A program made the translations under genes and the position numbers. The notes beneath the pieces are model-generated. The model ran no database searches. It saw nothing but the letters and a program-made list of their open reading frames with translations, and was not told the origin of the DNA. This document shows positions 27,122 to 35,737 of a stretch of DNA of 64,000 nt, one piece after another. Location: positions 118,114-182,113 of the forward strand of contig CAVRSZ010000001.1 in assembly GCA_963723995.1 (NCBI GenBank), read 5' to 3'. The stretch's first letter is position 1. Each line of letters opens with the position of its first letter. This DNA is from an uncultured Acidimicrobiales bacterium. GTDB taxonomy: Bacteria > Actinomycetota > Acidimicrobiia > Acidimicrobiales > SZUA-35.

Positions 27122-27979
27122 ATGACGAACTTCGCACGAGAGCTTTGGCGGCGCCTGGAGACCCTCCACGCCGTCACCTACTTCGCGCCCGAGTCCCTCG
27201 AGGCAGCGACCGCTCTCGGCATCCGAGGATTCTGGCGTTGCTACTTCGGCTATCGCGCTGCGCCGCTCGGTGCCTGTTCGGCCGGAACGGTGACCGCAGC
27301 GTTCTTCGGGTTCGCGCCATCGATGGTCCAGCGCGCCGTCCCCTCCATCTGGGATCTCGCAGCACCACCCGCACTGATCCGAGCCCGCTCGACGAGTGCA
27401 GCTGCCGCGCTCCGACGCCTTGCCGGAGAGGAACTCGATGCGATCCTCACCGACGACTGGCTCATCGCCACACTCGAAGCGGGCAGCCAAAGGGGATCCC
27501 CCGGCGGTCGACCGCTGTTCGCGGCGAACCGCAACCTCGGCCGCCCGGACGATCCAGTCGCTGCGCTGTGGCAACTTGCGACCACCCTGCGCGAGCACCG
27601 CGGCGACAGCCACGTGAACGTTTGGGCGACCCACGGGTTCACCGCGCTCGAGGTCGCCGTGCTCTTCGTCGCAGACGGCGGCACATCACGCGACGCGTTG
27701 CAGCCCAACCGCGGCTGGACCGATGCCGAGTGGGCCGAGACCACCGCCCTCCTCGAACAGCGCGGCCTGCTGGTCGACGGCAACACCACCCAGCACGGCT
27801 CGGCCATCCGTGCCGAGGTCGAACGAGTCACCGACGAGTTGGCCGAGCAACCATTTGCATGCCTCGACCTCGACGACCGGCAGCGGTTGCTCGACGTCCT
27901 CGAAGGACCGGCCCGCGCCATCAGCCGATCAACGACCATTCCGGCCATCAACCCGATGGGAGTCCGGCTCATCAGCTGA
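27122..27979 (+). CDS. conserved actinobacterial hypothetical protein (SCO6745-like, from memory)
   Basis: MTNFARELWRRLETLHAVTYFAPESLEAATALGIRGFWRCYFGYRAAPLG..., with a winged-helix-like C-terminus. Confidence 0.5.
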   Translation: MTNFARELWRRLETLHAVTYFAPESLEAATALGIRGFWRCYFGYRAAPLGACSAGTVTAAFFGFAPSMVQRAVPSIWDLAAPPALIRARSTSAAAALRRLAGEELDAILTDDWLIATLEAGSQRGSPGGRPLFAANRNLGRPDDPVAALWQLATTLREHRGDSHVNVWATHGFTALEVAVLFVADGGTSRDALQPNRGWTDAEWAETTALLEQRGLLVDGNTTQHGSAIRAEVERVTDELAEQPFACLDLDDRQRLLDVLEGPARAISRSTTIPAINPMGVRLIS

Positions 27980-28342
27980 GCCGCCATCGCAACGGCGCTC
28001 GACGCACCGCCCAAGCAGCGCTTGGCCAATCGGAACCAACCGGCCACGAGGCGAACACATCGCGATGGGGCCGTGGTGGGCACTCCGCCCCGAATCGGGG
28101 TGGTAGAGAGTGTGGAACACAGCCGACCAGCATCGGTTGCGTTTCCCCTGATCAGCGGCCACGGCCGATACTTGGCCCCCCACAGTCGCGGGCGTCGTCA
28201 CTGGCGCTGGTGAACGCGTTCGCTGCCCTGCGCCTCGAGGGCGACCAGGGCGCTGTAGCTGTGGCCCTCAGGGATCACCTTCCCGGGTTTTGGTTGGTTC
28301 CTGCTCGCTGGGTTGGTGGTCGTCCCGAAGTCGACCAGCTGA

Positions 28343-28771
28343 TCAGTCTGCGCTGCCTGGCTCCACAACCCATTGGCTTGGTTGGCCAGTGGTGTTGGAG
28401 ACGAGTTCGAAGTCAGCGTCGTAGTGCAAGATGGTGAGGTTGCGGGTTTCTGCGACCGCGGCCACGAGTGCGTCGACGAGCGAAAGGGCTCTGTGGTGCC
28501 CCTGGTGGGCGAGGAGCCGTTGCAGGTCGAGTGCTCGCTGGTGATCGCCTTCGGTCGTCGGTGCGGACTCGAAGGCGTCAATGCGGCTCATGATGGCGTC
28601 GTGATCGGCGCCGCTGCGGGCGCTGAAGCCGAGTTCAAATACGACTGGGGCGCACAGCGCGATCTTGCCCTCTGCGATCAGGGGACCGATCGCGGCGGCA
28701 ACGGTGGGCTTGTCCAGTCGGGTGAACGCGCTGGTATCGGCGAGGTAGGCGGCGCGAGCCATTTCAGTCAT
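28343..28771 (-). CDS. vapC: PIN-domain toxin VapC
   Basis: YLADTSAFTRL...VVFELGFSARS...SLVDALVAAVAETRNLTILHYDADFELV. Confidence 0.85.
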   Translation of the reverse strand: MTEMARAAYLADTSAFTRLDKPTVAAAIGPLIAEGKIALCAPVVFELGFSARSGADHDAIMSRIDAFESAPTTEGDHQRALDLQRLLAHQGHHRALSLVDALVAAVAETRNLTILHYDADFELVSNTTGQPSQWVVEPGSAD

Positions 28772-28970
28772 CACCGCCCCAGGCATCGTCGGCCGAGTCG
28801 AGGTCGTATCGGTCTGCGTCTTGAAGCAAGGCAACGAGTTCAAGCCGGCGCTTGGCGTTGACAATCTCGCGGAGGGACGCGTCGATGGTGTCGCGCAGTG
28901 TCGTCGTGCCCAGGATATCTGCAGCCTGGCTTGCGATATCTCTATCGATCTCCACAGATGTCTTTCCCAT
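28764..28970 (-). CDS. vapB: VapB-type antitoxin
   Basis: MGKTSVEIDRDIASQAADILGTTTLRDTIDASLREIV. Has an 8-nt overlap with vapC. Confidence 0.7.
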   Translation of the reverse strand: MGKTSVEIDRDIASQAADILGTTTLRDTIDASLREIVNAKRRLELVALLQDADRYDLDSADDAWGGDD

Positions 28971-28987
28971 GCTTGGATGATATCGGA

Positions 28988-29096
28988 GGCGTGGCCGACT
29001 CGCCAGGGGTGTCGCTCAGCAAGTGGTTTTCCAATGGCCACCTGTTGCCGTTCGCTGCCGGATGGGGGAGGTGCGTTCAAGTCCCCCTCCGACTTA
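28988..29096. repeat. conserved intergenic element, copy 2
   Basis: GCGTGGCCGACTCGCCAGGGGTGTCGC...GGAGGTGCGTTCAAGTCCCCCTCCGAC. Same box order as 17787-17920, and it lies just 5' of vapB. Confidence 0.45.
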
Positions 29097-29166
29097 TTCG
29101 GTAGAGGCCGTGGTCAAACGCTCTGCGCCCGGCGAGGTTTCGAATCGGGGGTGGTGATTCTTGAGC

Positions 29167-29770
29167 TCAGGCTGACCTGGTTCGGTCGGTGAGGCCATCG
29201 AAGGCGAGCAGCGCCTGAGCCCGCAGGAGAGCGGGGTCTTCTCCCGTCGCCATTCGCAGCAGCAGCGCGTTGCCCTGGATGTCGATCATGGCGGCAGCAA
29301 CGTCGGTGGGCACTCCCGGCGGGATTTCGCCGCGTTCCTTGGCCAGTTCGATGAGCCGGCGTAGCGTTGTCGAGCGCTGTCTCGCAATGCACTGACCCGT
29401 GCAGCGACAGTAGGGCCCAGCTGGGTGGGGGGGCGTGCAGCATTCGGGCGAGCAGGCAGCCGGCGGGGCCGGAACGGTCAGGGTCGGTGAACATCTCGAC
29501 CACCGCGGTCAGCACCCCACGGAGCGACGCCGCAGGATCTATCTGGGCGGCGTGCGGCTCCAGCACGGTCAAGGCGTAGTGTTCGAGGGCGGCGTCCATG
29601 AGTCCGTCCTCGCCGCCGAACTCCCGGTACATGCCGGGCTTGGACACCGATGCTCGGCGGCATAGCTCGTTGAGGGAGACGCCATCGACGCCCTCACGCC
29701 AGTATTCCTGCATTGCGGTCTCGATGACACGCCGGCGGAAGAAGCTGCCCCTGTACACGACCGTGCGAAC
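29167..29770 (-). pseudogene. TetR family regulator, frameshifted near a homopolymer
   Basis: The HTH part VIETAMQEYWREGVDGVSLNELCRRASVSKPGMYREFGGEDGL is in one frame. The C-terminus ..RRLIELAKERGEIPPGVPTDVAAAMIDIQGNALLLRMATGEDPALLRAQALLAFDGLT* is in another. The switch lies at or near the plus-strand G7 run 29427-29433. Confidence 0.65.
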
Positions 29771-29929
29771 GCGGCGAGCCTTCGTCTGGTGTCGCCCGAA
29801 TGGCCCCGTGTTGGTCGCGCTCGCAGGGCGGCGACATCCTTCGAAACGCCCGAGGTCGACATGCCCACCGAGATCCGAACCCTCGCCGGCCGCCAGATCC
29901 ACTTGTCGTGCTGCTCCATGACGAGCGTG

Positions 29930-30515
29930 CCATCATGGCGTGGTCGGCGCCCAGCGACCGGACAAGATCCAGGTTCTTCGTGCTGCAGACACCGGTCACG
30001 TCTGCGCCGAGGGCTTTGGCGAGCTGGACGGCGAGGACGCCGACCCCACCGGAGGCGCCCACGACTAGCACATGGTGCTCTGATGTGACCTGCCCTTTGC
30101 GCAGAGCCTGCAAGGCGGTGGATCCGGGCATGGCGACTGTGGCCGCCTCAGCGAATGACAGCTTCGGCGCCTTTGGCGCCAATGCATCCTCGGTCGCAGA
30201 TACGTACTCGGTGACGGCTCGCTTGGACGAGCCGAATACCGCAGCACCAGGTCGGAACCGGGTCACGTCGGTGCCGACGGCCTCTACCTCACCGGCGAAG
30301 TCCAGGCCGGGGAGGTGGACCTTTGGCTTGTGAAACCGACCAGTGATCCGGCCGATCGACTGCATGATGGCGGGCGGGTCCCAAGTCCACGGCTTCGCTG
30401 ATGCCGCCCGCACACGGACCAGCACCTCGTCGTCGTTGATGTGTGGCATCTCGATGTCCTCGACCTGGTCGATCCCTCCTTGCGGCAGATACCTATCTCG
30501 CACAAGCGCCTTCAT
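29930..30515 (-). pseudogene. MDR-family NAD(P)-dependent oxidoreductase lacking a normal C-terminal third
   Basis: MKALVRDRY...LPGLDFAGEVEAVGTDV...VLVVGASGGVGVLAVQLAKALGADVTGVCSTKNLDLVRSLGADHA, then the homology is lost. The ORF runs on into the TetR region. Confidence 0.55.
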
Positions 30516-30756
30516 CGTCTCCTCCTTCGCGCTTCGGCTACCTCCCTCATCGGGTCCGCTGGACGGGGGGTGTCGTAGCTGTACTCTGCCGGCTCAACGG
30601 CGTTGGCTCATGGCGTCGGCGATCCCAACACGACCTGGCCGGGGAACGCACCCTGAGGTGCACCGGTCGCAGCCTCTTCGTTTCAGCCTTGCGAGCCTGT
30701 GCAACCAACGCCAGGGTCGTTGGTCCTGTAGGGCTCGATAACTCTGTCGTGCCTCT

Positions 30757-31150
30757 TCATGCGGCGTCTTCGTGTTCGTTGACGAGACCGTCGAATCGGG
30801 TCGGTCGGAGTGCTGTGACGGTCGCCGGCGGTGCCGGGGGTGGCTCGTGCGCAGCTTCTGGCGATGGGCATCTTGAGGACTTCGGTTCGGAAGATCTCCT
30901 CGAAGCTCTCCATGAATTGGCTACCCCGATCATGAACGAGAGCTCGAGCCGTGTCGAGTTGTTCGCCATGACTGAGGAACAGGTTGCGCGCAATTCGGGT
31001 GGTCCAGGCGCCGGCCGGATCGCCACGCCGTTGTCGTGACCAAGGCCGACGAGCTCGCCATGGATCCGCCGGTGTCCCCAGGTCGGGTCCTCGGTGGCCA
31101 GTGCACGATCAGCCGGCGTCGCAAGGTGTCGGGGCGTCACGATCCAGCCT
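30757..31150 (-). mobile_element. internally deleted, frameshifted remnant of a DDE (rve-type) transposase/integrase
   Basis: Pieces lie in three frames: ..EDPTWGHRRIHGELVGLGH..; ..ARNLFLSHGEQLDTARALVHDRGSQFMESFEEIFRTEVLKM..; and the C-terminal ..RFDGLVNEHEDAA*. The order matches recalled actinobacterial integrase-type transposases. Confidence 0.55.
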
Positions 31151-31399
31151 TGGCGCAGTTGGCGGGGGAGTGCTGCGCCGATCTGCGAGGAGGGTGCGGT
31201 TGTCGTGGCACCGCCTTGCAGGTCGTTGTCGACGGCGATCGACCCGTAGGAGCCGTCGATTCCGTAGATGGCGCGGCACAGGCCACAGGGATGATGGTGG
31301 CGACGGTGAAGGTGGTCTTGGTCGAGGTAGGGCGGTATGCGTGGCGGCGTCGCGGCGTCGCCAGGTGTCAAGGTCGCTTCGCACTGGGTTCTTGTGCCG

Positions 31400-32155
31400 T
31401 CACGCCGATGCCTTCTTCATCTCGGACTCACTCCAGCCGAGGCGCCCCGAGAGATCGTGTGCAAGGCGGATCAGTTGCTCGCCGGTCCGCTTCCGGAAAG
31501 CCGGTGTGAACACCCGGAGCGATCCGGCGGCGCCGATCGACATGGTGGGGGGCTCACCGCTCGGGCCGAGCGGCGCTGCGACCGAGCACATGCCTCGCTC
31601 GATCTCCTCGACGCATTCGGCATACCCGGATCGTCGGATTCGATTGAATTCGGCTTTGAGATCGTCGTGGTCGGTGAGGGTGAACTCGGTGTATGCCTTC
31701 AGACGACCCGCCATCGACTGGGCGATGTCGGGTGAGAAGGCGGCGACCGCTTTGGAGCACGAGCAGGCGTGAAGTGGTCGCTTGCCGAGGCCCGGGTGGA
31801 GAAACGAGACTCCGGTGTTGGGCGTCTCGACGTGTACGATCTCCACCGCCCTACCCCGTAAACGGGACAGGAAGAACGTGATTCCGTGGGTGTCGGCGGC
31901 TTCCTGGAGCACGGGCGAAATGGTCTCGAGCAGGTTCTGATCGGAGTGGTCGGCTTCGGTGATGCGCTTGAGCCGGTTGCCGACGGCGTAACGACCCTTG
32001 GCCACGGAATCGAGTAGCCCGGCGTCGGCCAGATCGTTGACGAGCCGGTACGCGGTCGGTTTCGGCAGATCGGAGTGGGCGCAGATGTCGGCGACGGTGG
32101 CGTCGCCCTTTTGCCCGACGATTTCGAGGATCAGGGCCAAGCGTTCGAGATGCAC
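31400..32155 (-). CDS. IclR family transcriptional regulator
   Basis: LERLALILEIVGQKGDATVADICAHSDLPKPTAYRLVNDLADAGLL, plus an IclR effector domain (..HPGLGKRPLHACSCSKAV..ECVEEIERGMCSVAAP). GTG start. Confidence 0.85.
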   Translation of the reverse strand: MHLERLALILEIVGQKGDATVADICAHSDLPKPTAYRLVNDLADAGLLDSVAKGRYAVGNRLKRITEADHSDQNLLETISPVLQEAADTHGITFFLSRLRGRAVEIVHVETPNTGVSFLHPGLGKRPLHACSCSKAVAAFSPDIAQSMAGRLKAYTEFTLTDHDDLKAEFNRIRRSGYAECVEEIERGMCSVAAPLGPSGEPPTMSIGAAGSLRVFTPAFRKRTGEQLIRLAHDLSGRLGWSESEMKKASA

Positions 32156-32247
32156 GGTCTCCCCTCTGCGGAAGTCTCAGCTTGCGAGAAATACTATCTC
32201 ACTCTACGATAAATCGAAACCGACCTCAACCGCGATATCGAGGAAGC

Positions 32248-33615
32248 ATGGCCGTGGAGACCGAAAGCAGCTGCTGTGGGCCAGGGTTCCAAAGCCCTTC
32301 AGAAGCGATCAATGCGCCACGCGAGAAGCTGCTGTACACCGTTGCCCTGTACACCGGCACGGGTATCCAGAAGCCTGACTACCTCGCCACGATCGACGCC
32401 GATCCGGAGAGCCCGACCTACTCCCAAGTCATCCATCGGCTCGAGATGCCCGGTATCGGCGACGAGCTCCATCACACCGGATGGAACGCCTGCTCGTCGT
32501 GCCACGACGACTCGTCGATGGCCCGCAAGTACCTACTGCTCCCGGGCGTGCGCTCGAACAACATCTACGTCGTCGACACCGCCACCGACCCGAATGCTCC
32601 ACGCCTGCACACCGTGATCGACGGCGACGAGATCAAGGCGAAGACCAACCTCTCCGGTCCACACACCGTCCACTGCCTGCGCTCGGACATCATCATCTCG
32701 TTCCTCGGTGACGCCAAAGGGGAGGCACCCGGGGGGTACCTGCACCTCAGCAAGGATTTCGAGATCATCGGCCGCTGGGAGAACTCCATGGGCGACATTC
32801 CGTTCGGCTACGACTTCTGGTATCAGCCGCGGCACAACGTGATGGTCACGTCGGAGTGGGCGGCCCCCAACACCTTCATGCCCGGATTCGACCTGGAGGA
32901 GGTCGGCCACCTCAAGTACGGCCGGCGCCTGCACATCTGGGACTTCGAGAAGCGCGAACCGGTGCAGTCGATGTACCTCGGCGAAGATGGACTCCTTCCG
33001 CTCGAGGTCAAGTTCCACCACGACCCCGACTCGACTCACGGATTCTGCTGCGCAGCGTTGAGCTCCAACATCATCCACTTCTGGAAGGACGACGACGACG
33101 CCTGGCAGTGGGAGAAGACGGTCGATGTCGAGAACGAGCTGCATGCCGAATGGCCGATCCCGCTGCCCGGGGTGATGTCGGCGCTGCTCGTGTCGATGGA
33201 TGACAAGTACCTCTACATCAACAACTGGCTGCACGGCGACATGCGCCAGTACGACATCACCGACCCTCATGACCCCAAGCTGACCGGACAGGTCTGGATG
33301 GGCGGTCTGCTCGGGAAGGCACCGGAGGTCAACGGCGTGAAGGTCGCGGGCGGCCCGCAGATGTTCCAGCTGTCGCTCGACGGCAAGCGGATGTACGTGA
33401 CCACATCGCTGTTCTCGACGTGGGACAACCAGTTCTATCCCGAGATTCGTACCCAGGGTGGTGTGATGGTGATGATCGACTGCGACCCCGAAAACGGCGG
33501 GATGAGGATCAGTGAGGACTTCATGATCGACTTCGGACAGGAACCAAACGGTCCCAGCCGCTGTCACGAGACCCGGTACCCGGGCGGCGACTGCACCAGC
33601 GACATCTGGCTGTGA
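32248..33615 (+). CDS. SBP56 (selenium-binding protein / methanethiol-oxidase) family protein
   Basis: MAVETESSCCGPGFQSPSEAINAPREKLLYTVALYTGTG...DELHHTGWNACSSCH...NNIYVVD. The N-terminal CCGPG and the beta-propeller repeats are typical of SBP56. GAGGAAG RBS. Confidence 0.85.
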   Translation: MAVETESSCCGPGFQSPSEAINAPREKLLYTVALYTGTGIQKPDYLATIDADPESPTYSQVIHRLEMPGIGDELHHTGWNACSSCHDDSSMARKYLLLPGVRSNNIYVVDTATDPNAPRLHTVIDGDEIKAKTNLSGPHTVHCLRSDIIISFLGDAKGEAPGGYLHLSKDFEIIGRWENSMGDIPFGYDFWYQPRHNVMVTSEWAAPNTFMPGFDLEEVGHLKYGRRLHIWDFEKREPVQSMYLGEDGLLPLEVKFHHDPDSTHGFCCAALSSNIIHFWKDDDDAWQWEKTVDVENELHAEWPIPLPGVMSALLVSMDDKYLYINNWLHGDMRQYDITDPHDPKLTGQVWMGGLLGKAPEVNGVKVAGGPQMFQLSLDGKRMYVTTSLFSTWDNQFYPEIRTQGGVMVMIDCDPENGGMRISEDFMIDFGQEPNGPSRCHETRYPGGDCTSDIWL

Positions 33616-33986
33616 TGGTGCGCCGCACGATCACCATCGCCAACCAGGGCGGCGCCACCTATGTCGTCGACGCCGACCGCCCACTCCTCGAGACGCTGGC
33701 AGAGCTCGGCGTCGATCTCCCGTACGGCTGTCGCTACGGCGGTTGCATCACCTGTGCCGCCAAGCTGACCGCCGGCGAGGTCGACCAACACGAACAGGTC
33801 GCGCTCAACAACCGCCAGATGAACAACGGATACGTCACGCTTTGCGTTGCCCGCCCCCTGTCCGACTGCACGTTCGAAGTCGGCGTCGCAAGCCACGACA
33901 CGCTCTACCGCAATCCTTTCCTCGATCCACTCGAGCCACATGAGCTCAAGCCCGACATCGCCCAGCCAAGGAGGCGTGATGCCTGA
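33612..33986 (+). CDS. plant-type [2Fe-2S] ferredoxin
   Basis: Cys pattern YGCRYGGCITCAAKL...VTLCVARP (C-x4-C-x2-C...C). The start overlaps the SBP56 stop (GTGATG). Confidence 0.8.
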   Translation: MMVRRTITIANQGGATYVVDADRPLLETLAELGVDLPYGCRYGGCITCAAKLTAGEVDQHEQVALNNRQMNNGYVTLCVARPLSDCTFEVGVASHDTLYRNPFLDPLEPHELKPDIAQPRRRDA

Positions 33987-34491
33987 AGCCGACGTCGACC
34001 GACGATACGACTACGCGCCCGCCTTCCTCGCCGCGATCCTGCGCTCGGTGAAGACCATCGCCATGGTCGGCGCCAGCGCCGACAAGACCAAGTTCAGCTA
34101 CGGTGTGCTGCGACAGCTTCACGAGATCGGCTACGAGATCCTGCCGGTCAATCCGAACCCGGCGATCACCGAGATCCGCGGAATCAAGGTGTGGCGTTCG
34201 CTCGACATGATCGGCCGGCCCGTCGATATGGTTGATGTGTTCCGACCGAAGGAAGAGCTTCGTGAGATTGCGGAGCAAGCCATCGCAATCGATGCAAAGG
34301 TGCTGTGGGGTCAGATCGGCGTCTACGACGACGAGGCGGCGGCCCTTGCCGAAGCCGCCGGGCTCAAGGTCGTCATGGACCGTTGTCCGAAAATCGAACT
34401 CTTTCGTCCGTTCTGGAAGCCTCGTCTCGACCTCGAGCTCAATCTGCCCGAGAAGCCCGGATCGATCGTCCAAACCGAAACCCACCTGTGA
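33979..34491 (+). CDS. CoA-binding domain protein (YccU/YneT-like)
   Basis: KTIAMVGASADKTKFSYGVLRQLHEIGYEILPVNPN...VDMVDVFRP. AAGGAGG RBS and an 8-nt overlap with the ferredoxin gene. Confidence 0.8.
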   Translation: MPEADVDRRYDYAPAFLAAILRSVKTIAMVGASADKTKFSYGVLRQLHEIGYEILPVNPNPAITEIRGIKVWRSLDMIGRPVDMVDVFRPKEELREIAEQAIAIDAKVLWGQIGVYDDEAAALAEAAGLKVVMDRCPKIELFRPFWKPRLDLELNLPEKPGSIVQTETHL

Positions 34492-34498
34492 GAACACA

Positions 34499-35299
34499 AT
34501 GACGAACCTAGACCTTCTACTCCGTACTGATGACGACGGTGTCGCCGTCCTCACCCTGAACGAGCCGGGGTCGATCAATGCGCTCTCGGAGGCGATGATC
34601 GAAGCCCTCTCCGGTGAGTTCGACCGCATTGCCGACGACCGCTCGGTCAAAGCCGTCATCCTCCGAAGTGCCGGCGAACACTTCTGCGCAGGGCACAATC
34701 TAAAGGAGATGACCGCCCGCCGCGACGACGCCGACGGCGGATTCCAGTACTACCAGGATCTCTTCGCCGCCTGCTCGGCGATGATGCAACGCATCGTCAA
34801 CCTGCCCCAGCCGGTGATCGCGGAAGTGAAGGGAATCGCCACGGCGGCCGGCTGTCAGCTCGTCGCCTCGTGCGACCTGGCCGTGGCTTCCGACGATGCC
34901 AGATTCGCCACCTCGGGCGTCAATATCGGGTTGTTCTGCTCCACCCCGATGGTGGCGCTGAGCCGCAATGTGGCGCGCAAGTTCGCCATGGAGATGTTGG
35001 TCCTCGGCGAGTTCCTACCGGCGGCGCGAGCCGCCGAGATGGGCCTCGTGAACCGTGTCGTGCCGCGCGCCGAGATCGGGTCGGCGTCGATGGAGCTGGC
35101 GCGCACCATCGCCGACAAGTCACCGGCCGCGGTCAAGGTCGGCAAGCGGGCGTTCTACGAACAGCTCGAGATGCCACTGGCCGATGCCTACGCCTACGCC
35201 GGACGCGTCATGGCCGAGAACATGATGGCCCGGGACGCCGAGGCCGGGATCGGCGCGTTCACCCGCAAGGAACCGATGCCGACATGGACCGGCGAGTAG
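34499..35299 (+). CDS. enoyl-CoA hydratase/isomerase (crotonase) family protein
   Basis: VAVLTLNEPGSINALS...VILRSAGEHFCAGHNLKEM...VIAEVKGIATAAGCQLVASCDLAVAS. Confidence 0.85.
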   Translation: MTNLDLLLRTDDDGVAVLTLNEPGSINALSEAMIEALSGEFDRIADDRSVKAVILRSAGEHFCAGHNLKEMTARRDDADGGFQYYQDLFAACSAMMQRIVNLPQPVIAEVKGIATAAGCQLVASCDLAVASDDARFATSGVNIGLFCSTPMVALSRNVARKFAMEMLVLGEFLPAARAAEMGLVNRVVPRAEIGSASMELARTIADKSPAAVKVGKRAFYEQLEMPLADAYAYAGRVMAENMMARDAEAGIGAFTRKEPMPTWTGE

Positions 35300-35310
35300 C
35301 CGACGCCCGA

Positions 35311-35700
35311 TCAATCGGGACGATGGGTAGAGCCGTCAGGTAGCTGTTGACGGGCGTGGTCGATGACAGCGCGTCGACCCGGCTCGTCCCACGAAAAGGC
35401 ATGGATCGTGCCCGGGCAAATCACGTCGGAGGGCTCGGCGCCGAGGCGGTCGAGCGTGGTGCGCATGTCGTCGATGTTGCCCTCGTAGGAGTGGAATCCG
35501 AGTACGGCCGGGAAGCGGACCAGGGTGAAGTTGGTGAAGGTGTCGCGGTGAAGAGGTAGCGCCTGCTGTCAGCGGAGTTGACCCAGAGGTAGGCGACGGT
35601 GCCGGGCGTGTGGCCGGGGGCATGGAGGGCGAGTAGATCGGATCGGAGCCGAGCCTGGTTTCGGGTTCGGTCATCGGCTCGATCTGGCCCACGCCGCGTG
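35311..35700 (-). pseudogene. 3' fragment of an MBL-fold metallo-hydrolase, frameshifted
   Basis: ..RLGSD(ccgat ccgat 5-bp tandem repeat)LLALHAPGHTPGTVAYLWVNSADSRRYLFT / GDTFTNFTLVRFPAVLGFHSYEGNIDDMRTTLDRLGAEPSDVICPGTIHAF.. are in different frames. The N-terminal half is missing. Confidence 0.55.
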
Positions 35701-35737
35701 CTGATGTCGGCGGCGGCTACGAGCGGCAGCCTCGTCG

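Noticed and set aside
32248-33615. A functional link between the 'selenium-binding protein' (SBP56) and the putative selenoprotein, based on the name.
   Set aside because: The SBP56 name is historical. The established activity is methanethiol oxidation, not Sec metabolism. Any link proposed here rests on the IclR paralogy and pathway logic, not on selenium.
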